Below the pieces are notes generated by a model. The model was not told where the DNA came from. It searched no databases and saw only the letters and a list, made by a program, of their open reading frames with translations. Below, in pieces: positions 53,790 to 59,800 of a stretch of DNA of 64,000 nucleotides; within the stretch, counting starts at the first letter, position 1, and every line of letters starts with the position of its first letter. Where the stretch lies: contig DATMDV010000370.1 of the NCBI GenBank assembly GCA_035557475.1, positions 2,336 through 66,335 on the forward strand, given 5' to 3'. Origin of the DNA: Ilumatobacteraceae bacterium. GTDB lineage: Bacteria; Actinomycetota; Acidimicrobiia; Acidimicrobiales; Ilumatobacteraceae. Made by a program: the position numbers and the translations under genes.

Positions 53790-54625
53790 CGCCGCCGCCT
53801 TCCACACCGGCCGGGTTGCTGCCGAACTTCGTCGTGATCGGAGCGATGCGCTCCGGGTCGACGTCGTTGTACAAGTACCTGCAGGCCCACCCCGACGTCT
53901 TCATGCCGCGCAAGGAGATCCACTTCTTCGACGTCAAGTGGGACCGCGGTGTGGCGTGGTACCACACTCGCTTCGAGGGATACGCCGGGCAGACGGCGAT
54001 CGGGGAGGCGACGCCGACCTATCTCGCCGATCCCGTCGCGCTCGACCGCATGGCGGGCACGATTCCAGACACGCGGCTGGTAGCCGTGTTGCGTGATCCG
54101 GTCGACCGCGCCTACTCGCACTACTGGATGGAACACGCCCGCCAACGTGATCCGCGGACGTTCGAGGCTGCCATTGCCGACGAGCTCGCAAGACGGCCGG
54201 GTGCACCCCCATCCGACTACCTCGACCGCGGTCGCTACGCGCGGCAGCTCGAGCAGGTGTGCGAGCGGTTCCCACGGCACCACCTGCACGTCGTGCTCCT
54301 CGACGACCTCCGCGACCGGCCCCACGAGACCTACGCCGCGGCGTGCCGGTTCCTCGGGATCGACGACGGGTTCGTGCCGCCTCGGATCGGCGAGCGGGTC
54401 AACCGGTTCGTGGCGTTCCGATCGATGCGGGTGCGGAACATGCGCCGCTCACTTCCGTCGACGTTGCGGATCGCGCGGATCGTCGGCCGGCTCAACGCTC
54501 GCGAGGGCGCCTACTCGCCGATGGCAGCCGAAACGCGGGCGACATTGCACCAGCATTTCGGCGCCGACAACGAGGCGCTGGCCGAGTGGCTCGGACGCGA
54601 TCTGTCGATGTGGGGTGCCCGATGA
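53786..54625 (+). CDS. sulfotransferase, family B, paralog 2 (heparan-sulfate sulfotransferase-like)
   Basis: GTGA overlap. FVVIGAMRSGSTSLYKYLQAHPDVFMPRKEIHFFD, VAVLRDPVDRAYSHYWM. Confidence 0.8.
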   Translation: MTPPPSTPAGLLPNFVVIGAMRSGSTSLYKYLQAHPDVFMPRKEIHFFDVKWDRGVAWYHTRFEGYAGQTAIGEATPTYLADPVALDRMAGTIPDTRLVAVLRDPVDRAYSHYWMEHARQRDPRTFEAAIADELARRPGAPPSDYLDRGRYARQLEQVCERFPRHHLHVVLLDDLRDRPHETYAAACRFLGIDDGFVPPRIGERVNRFVAFRSMRVRNMRRSLPSTLRIARIVGRLNAREGAYSPMAAETRATLHQHFGADNEALAEWLGRDLSMWGAR

Positions 54626-54683
54626 CCGTGACTGAACGCAATCCCGACCGATCCTCGAACGGCGTCACGCGGATAGCGTTGTC

Positions 54684-55592
54684 ATGGTGACACGGGTCGC
54701 CGGCGCCACCGCTCAACTCGAGGACGAGGCGATCACGATCATCCGCGAGGTCGCCGCCGAGTGCGAACGGCCGGTGCTGCTGTTCTCCGGCGGCAAGGAC
54801 TCGGTCGTGATGCTGCACCTGGCCCGCCGGGCGTTCTGGCCGGCGCGGATCCCGTTCCCGGTGATGCACGTCGACACCGGCCACAACTTCGACGAGGTCA
54901 TCGCGTTTCGTGATCGCACGGTCGATCTGTTCGACGTGAAGTTGATCGTCGCCTCGGTGCAGGACTCGATCGATCGCGGGCGCGTGCACGAGGACACCGG
55001 CCCACGTGCATCGCGCAACCCGTTGCAGACGGTGACGTTGTTGGACGCGATCACCGAGCATCGTTTCGACGCCGTGTTCGGCGGAGCGCGCCGCGACGAG
55101 GAACGGGCGCGAGCCAAGGAGCGGGTGGTGTCTCACCGCGACGAGTTCGGTCAGTGGGATCCCAAGAACCAGCGCCCCGAGCTGTGGGGGATCTACAACA
55201 CCCGACGCAATCGGGGCGAGCACGTCCGGGTCTTCCCGCTGTCGAACTGGACCGAGCTCGACGTGTGGCGGTTCATCGCCGAGCGCGACGTCGAGCTGCC
55301 GTCGCTCTACTTCGCCCATCACCGTCAGGTGTTCCGGCGCGACGGGATGCTGATGGCCACCAACCGGCATGTGCCGCGCCTCGACGGCGAGGAGCCGTTC
55401 GAGGCGCTGGTGCGGTTCCGCACGATCGGCGACGCCACCTGCACGGCCGCCGTCGAGTCGGCCGCGTTCACGGTCGACGACATTGTCGCCGAGACGGCGG
55501 TGGCCAGGGTCACCGAGCGCGGTGCGACCCGCGCCGACGACCGCATCTCGGAGGCCGGCATGGAAGACCGCAAGCGCCAGGGGTACTTCTGA
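54684..55592 (+). CDS. cysD: sulfate adenylyltransferase subunit 2
   Basis: PP-loop LLFSGGKDSVVMLHLA; HVDTGHNF; the C-terminal RKRQGYF is typical of CysD. Confidence 0.9.
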   Translation: MVTRVAGATAQLEDEAITIIREVAAECERPVLLFSGGKDSVVMLHLARRAFWPARIPFPVMHVDTGHNFDEVIAFRDRTVDLFDVKLIVASVQDSIDRGRVHEDTGPRASRNPLQTVTLLDAITEHRFDAVFGGARRDEERARAKERVVSHRDEFGQWDPKNQRPELWGIYNTRRNRGEHVRVFPLSNWTELDVWRFIAERDVELPSLYFAHHRQVFRRDGMLMATNRHVPRLDGEEPFEALVRFRTIGDATCTAAVESAAFTVDDIVAETAVARVTERGATRADDRISEAGMEDRKRQGYF

Positions 55593-56878
55593 TGCAACCC
55601 GACACGACCGCCGGCCGCCAGCGGGCGCCGTTGCGCTTCGCCACGGTCGGCAGCGTCGACGACGGCAAGTCGACGCTCATCGGACGCCTGTTGCTCGACT
55701 CGAAGTCGATCTTCGAGGACCAGCTCGAACACATCGAGGCGGTCAGCAAACGCCGCGGCAACGACTACGTCGACCTGGCCCTGCTGACCGACGGCTTGCG
55801 GGCCGAGCGCGAGCAAGGCATCACCATCGACGTCGCGTACCGGTACTTCTCGACGCCCGTCCGCAGCTTCATCATCGCCGACTGCCCCGGCCATGTGCAG
55901 TACACCCGCAACGCGATCACCGGCGCATCGACCGCCGACCTGGCGCTCGTGCTCGTCGACGCCCGCCACGGAATCGTCGAACAGACGCGACGCCACAGCC
56001 TGTTGGTCTCGCTGCTCGGCGTGCCGCACCTCGTCATCTGCGTCAACAAGATGGACCTCGTCGGTCACGATCGAGACCAGTTCGACGCGATCCGCCAGGA
56101 GTTCACCGAGTTCGCCGCCCGCCTCGACCTGCGCGACGTCACGTTCATCCCGATCTCCGCCCTCGACGGCGACAACGTCGTCGACCGCTCGGCGAACATG
56201 ACGTGGTACGAGGGCCCGACCCTGCTGCACCACCTCGAGACGGTGTACACGGCGAGCGACGAGAACCTCATCGACGTGCGCTTCCCGGTGCAGTACGTCA
56301 TCCGCCCGCAACGCGCCGATCACCACGACTACCGCGGCTACGCCGGCACGGTCGCCGCTGGCACGCTCCGACCAGGCGACGAGGTGCTCGTGCTCCCGTC
56401 CGGCTTGACGTCGCGGATCGCGCGCATCGACACCGCCGACGGCCCGGTCGACGAGGCCCGCCCGTCGATGGCCGTCACGGTGCTCCTGGCCGACGACCTC
56501 GACGTCTCACGCGGCGACATGATCTGCCGCCCGAACAACCATCCGACGCCGTCCCAGGATCTCGACGCCACGATCGCGTGGATGGACTCCGAAGCCCCGC
56601 TGGCCCTGCGGCGCGTGTACGCGCTGAAGCACACGACCCGCACGGTGCGAGCAATGATCACCGACGTCCACTACCGGCTCGACGTCCACTCCCTACATCG
56701 CGACACCGAGGCGACGGAGCTGAAGCTCAACGAGATCGGTCGGGTCACGCTGCGGGCGACGGCGCCGCTGTTCGCCGACGACTATCGCCGCAGCCGTGTG
56801 ACCGGAAGCTTCGTCCTCATCGACGAGGCGACCAACCAGACGGTCGCCGCCGGAATGCTCCGCACCGCCACCGCCTGA
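55592..56878 (+). CDS. cysN: sulfate adenylyltransferase subunit 1 (GTPase); no fused APS-kinase domain
   Basis: The ATG overlaps the cysD TGA by 1 nt. G1 GSVDDGKSTLIGRLL, G3 DCPGH, G4 NKMDL. At 428 aa it ends after the beta-barrel domains. Confidence 0.9.
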   Translation: MQPDTTAGRQRAPLRFATVGSVDDGKSTLIGRLLLDSKSIFEDQLEHIEAVSKRRGNDYVDLALLTDGLRAEREQGITIDVAYRYFSTPVRSFIIADCPGHVQYTRNAITGASTADLALVLVDARHGIVEQTRRHSLLVSLLGVPHLVICVNKMDLVGHDRDQFDAIRQEFTEFAARLDLRDVTFIPISALDGDNVVDRSANMTWYEGPTLLHHLETVYTASDENLIDVRFPVQYVIRPQRADHHDYRGYAGTVAAGTLRPGDEVLVLPSGLTSRIARIDTADGPVDEARPSMAVTVLLADDLDVSRGDMICRPNNHPTPSQDLDATIAWMDSEAPLALRRVYALKHTTRTVRAMITDVHYRLDVHSLHRDTEATELKLNEIGRVTLRATAPLFADDYRRSRVTGSFVLIDEATNQTVAAGMLRTATA

Positions 56879-56891
56879 CGGCTCTGACGAC

Positions 56892-59800
56892 TCACGGCCT
56901 CCATTCGGCGAGGTGCTCGGCCAGGTCGGCGAGCGCGGCCGCGACGGCAGGGTCGCGGACCAGGATCGCGAGCTCGGCGACGTACCGCGTCGGCGAGCCA
57001 CGCTCGCGGGCGGTCGAGCGGTGGCGGAAGACGTCGATGTAGGCCGCCTTGATCGCGTCGAGTGTCGGACCGTCGCTCAGCGACGCGTCGATCAGCGCTC
57101 GGGTGAGCGCCAGCTCCGGATGGGCGACGCGCCCCCAGAAGTCGGTGGCGGGACCCACGAAGTCAGGCGCGTCGATGGCCGCCAGGATCGCCGCCCGTCG
57201 GCTCGGTTGGAGGAGGCCGCCGATCCCGTCGAGTTGCAGCGCGCACAGTGCCCCGTAGGGCTTGCCGTCGAGCCGCCACGCTTCGGCGTAGGCCCGGGCG
57301 GCCGTGCGCAGTGCGGTCGTGCGTTCGCGACCTCGGGTGGACGCGGCGACGGCCTTCCAGAACCCGGCGTTGATGGCGACGCGCTCGGCGGTGCGGCCCA
57401 ACGCCAGCAACGTGGCGATCCGTGCCTTCGCCGTGTCGCGCAGCGTGGTCGCGGTCACAGGCGACTTGGGCTCGAGCGCGATGAGCGCGGCCAGCTCGTC
57501 CTTGTCGGGGGGCTGGGGCGATTCGAGGGCGGCGGCGAGGCGTACCTCGAGGTTGGCGAGCTGCTCGACGGCCTTCAGCGACACGTGGGCATCGGCGCAC
57601 ATGAGCGCCTTGCGGTACGCGCGGACGGAGTCGGCAAGCGCGCCGCACTCGCCGAAGCCTCCGCCGAGGGCGGCCCACACGTCTCCCCGTACGTCCCACG
57701 GGGGGATGGCGAGCCCTTCGAGCGCCCGCACTTCGGTGGCGATGCGGCTCTGATCGGCCCCTGGGTCCCCAGCCTGTACCGCCAGCGCGACGAGTGCCCG
57801 CACGAGCTCCTCGGCCGACACCGGGTGGCTCGCCGACGAGGAACGGGCGCCGGCCGCGGCCAACCGGAACGCGGGGTCTCCGTAGCACTGGTAGGCCGCC
57901 CACGTGTTCGACGCGCCCCCGTCGACCTGGTGGGCCGCGACGCGAGCGGCGCGCACCGCGATTCCGAACGCCTCACCGCCGAGCATCCGGTCGTAGAACA
58001 CCTTGGCGAACTCGGCGGCCGCTCGATCGTCGACCGACCATCCTGCCGCCACCACGGCCCGCACGCCCATGGCCATCAGCTTGCGCGAGAGGCTGGCCGC
58101 GAGCTGGGGGAGGCGGCCACGCTGGACGGCGAGGATCGCCTTGTCCGCAGTCTCGGGTGATCCGTCCCCCTCGCGGGACTCGGTCAGCACACTGCCGAGG
58201 TGGCAGCAGTTCAAGAACACGAGGCTCGGTGGACGACGCATCTGACCGATCTCCACTGCCGTGAGGTACTGGTTACGTCCGATGGCCACTCCGCCCCACG
58301 GTTTGCCGTCGCGCCCTTCGGGGTCGAACCACCCATGTCCCGCGATGTGCAGGATCTGGTAGTCGTCGGCGAGCAACATCCCGATCACGGCACCCGCGGA
58401 GCCAGCCTCTTCTTGCGCGTCGCCTTCGAAGATGACGGGGACCACGCGGACGTCGGCGGCGGCGAGTTGCTCCGCGACCGCCTTCGCCTCGCTCTGCGCT
58501 CCTTCCAATCGCGGGAACAGGGCACCGGCTGGTGGATCGCCGATCACCAGCGCGCGTGGGTGCACCGTCGACACGTCTCCCACGGGTCGGTCGATCAGTT
58601 TGAGCTGACGCACGAAGCCCATCCGCTTCACCAGCGGCTCGGGCCCGCCGAGCGCCGAGCGGTCGGCGAGCGCCTCCCATGGGATGTCGGCGGTCTGTTC
58701 GTCGACGACGAGCACGAGGTTCTCGACTGAACCCAGCTCGCGCTTCAGATCGTTCGGCAGGAGGAGCTCGAACAACGCCACGTTCACCGTGCCGTCGACG
58801 CGAGCCGATCCGACGGCGTCACGAACCATCCGCCCGACGAGACCGTTGTCGACCACGTGCGGGACGAGGTCGGCCCTGGCGCGGGCGCCGAGCGACGTGA
58901 ACATCAGCTCGACCAGGCCATCGCCGACCTTCTCGTCCGGCCCGCTGACGATGAGGCGGCGCCACATGCCTGCGCCGTACTCGGCCGTCGGCGCCGACGG
59001 CCGGCCGCCCTCGCCCACCACGAGGCGGTCGGATGGTCGCACCTCGCCGCCGGCCTGCAACGCCACCGGGAGGTAGCGCTCGATGTCGCGGACGATCCGC
59101 GCCGCGTCCTCCGCGCGCTGTTCGTACAGCTCGACGATCTCCAGCTCGTCGATGCGCACCGGGCGCTCGGTTTGCGACGAGGCCAGTTCGCGGTTGGCGA
59201 GAAGCACACCTTCGACGATGGCGCCGACGACGGTGGGGACCTGCAGCCCGTCCGGGCCGTAGCTGCCGACGAGCACCGAGGAGAGCCCGACGGTCACCGG
59301 TGTCGGCTCGTCGGCGTCGAGCAATGGTGGAACCGACGCCAGCGCGTGTTCGACGGCTGCGTTGTGCAGCGCTCGGGCGAGCGCGGTCGGCGTGAGGTCC
59401 CCCATCTCGCCGAGCCCGATCACGGCAACCCCGGCGAACGCCCCGAGCCGTTCCTCGCCGGCGGGCACGACCCGCAGCACGTCGTTCGGCGTCGCCGGAT
59501 AGCGGCCGAGCACCTGTCGAGCGGTCAGCCTGCCACCCAACAACCAGTCGGCCCACTCCTCGGCACCGCCGAACGGTGTGCCTGCGTAGTGACCGAGCAC
59601 CACGAGGTGGCTGGCGTGCTCGAGACTGGCGTGGCGCACCGAGACCTTCAGGGTGGGCAACGGGGCGTCGACGAGCCGCAGCGTGCCGAGCCAGCTGCTC
59701 GTGGCTTCGTCGACGTACTGCCGAGCGATCGTCGCGCGCTGTTGTCGACTCGGCGCGCGTCCGCGGACGGCACGGGCGAGCGGGATCGGGTCGATGAGCG

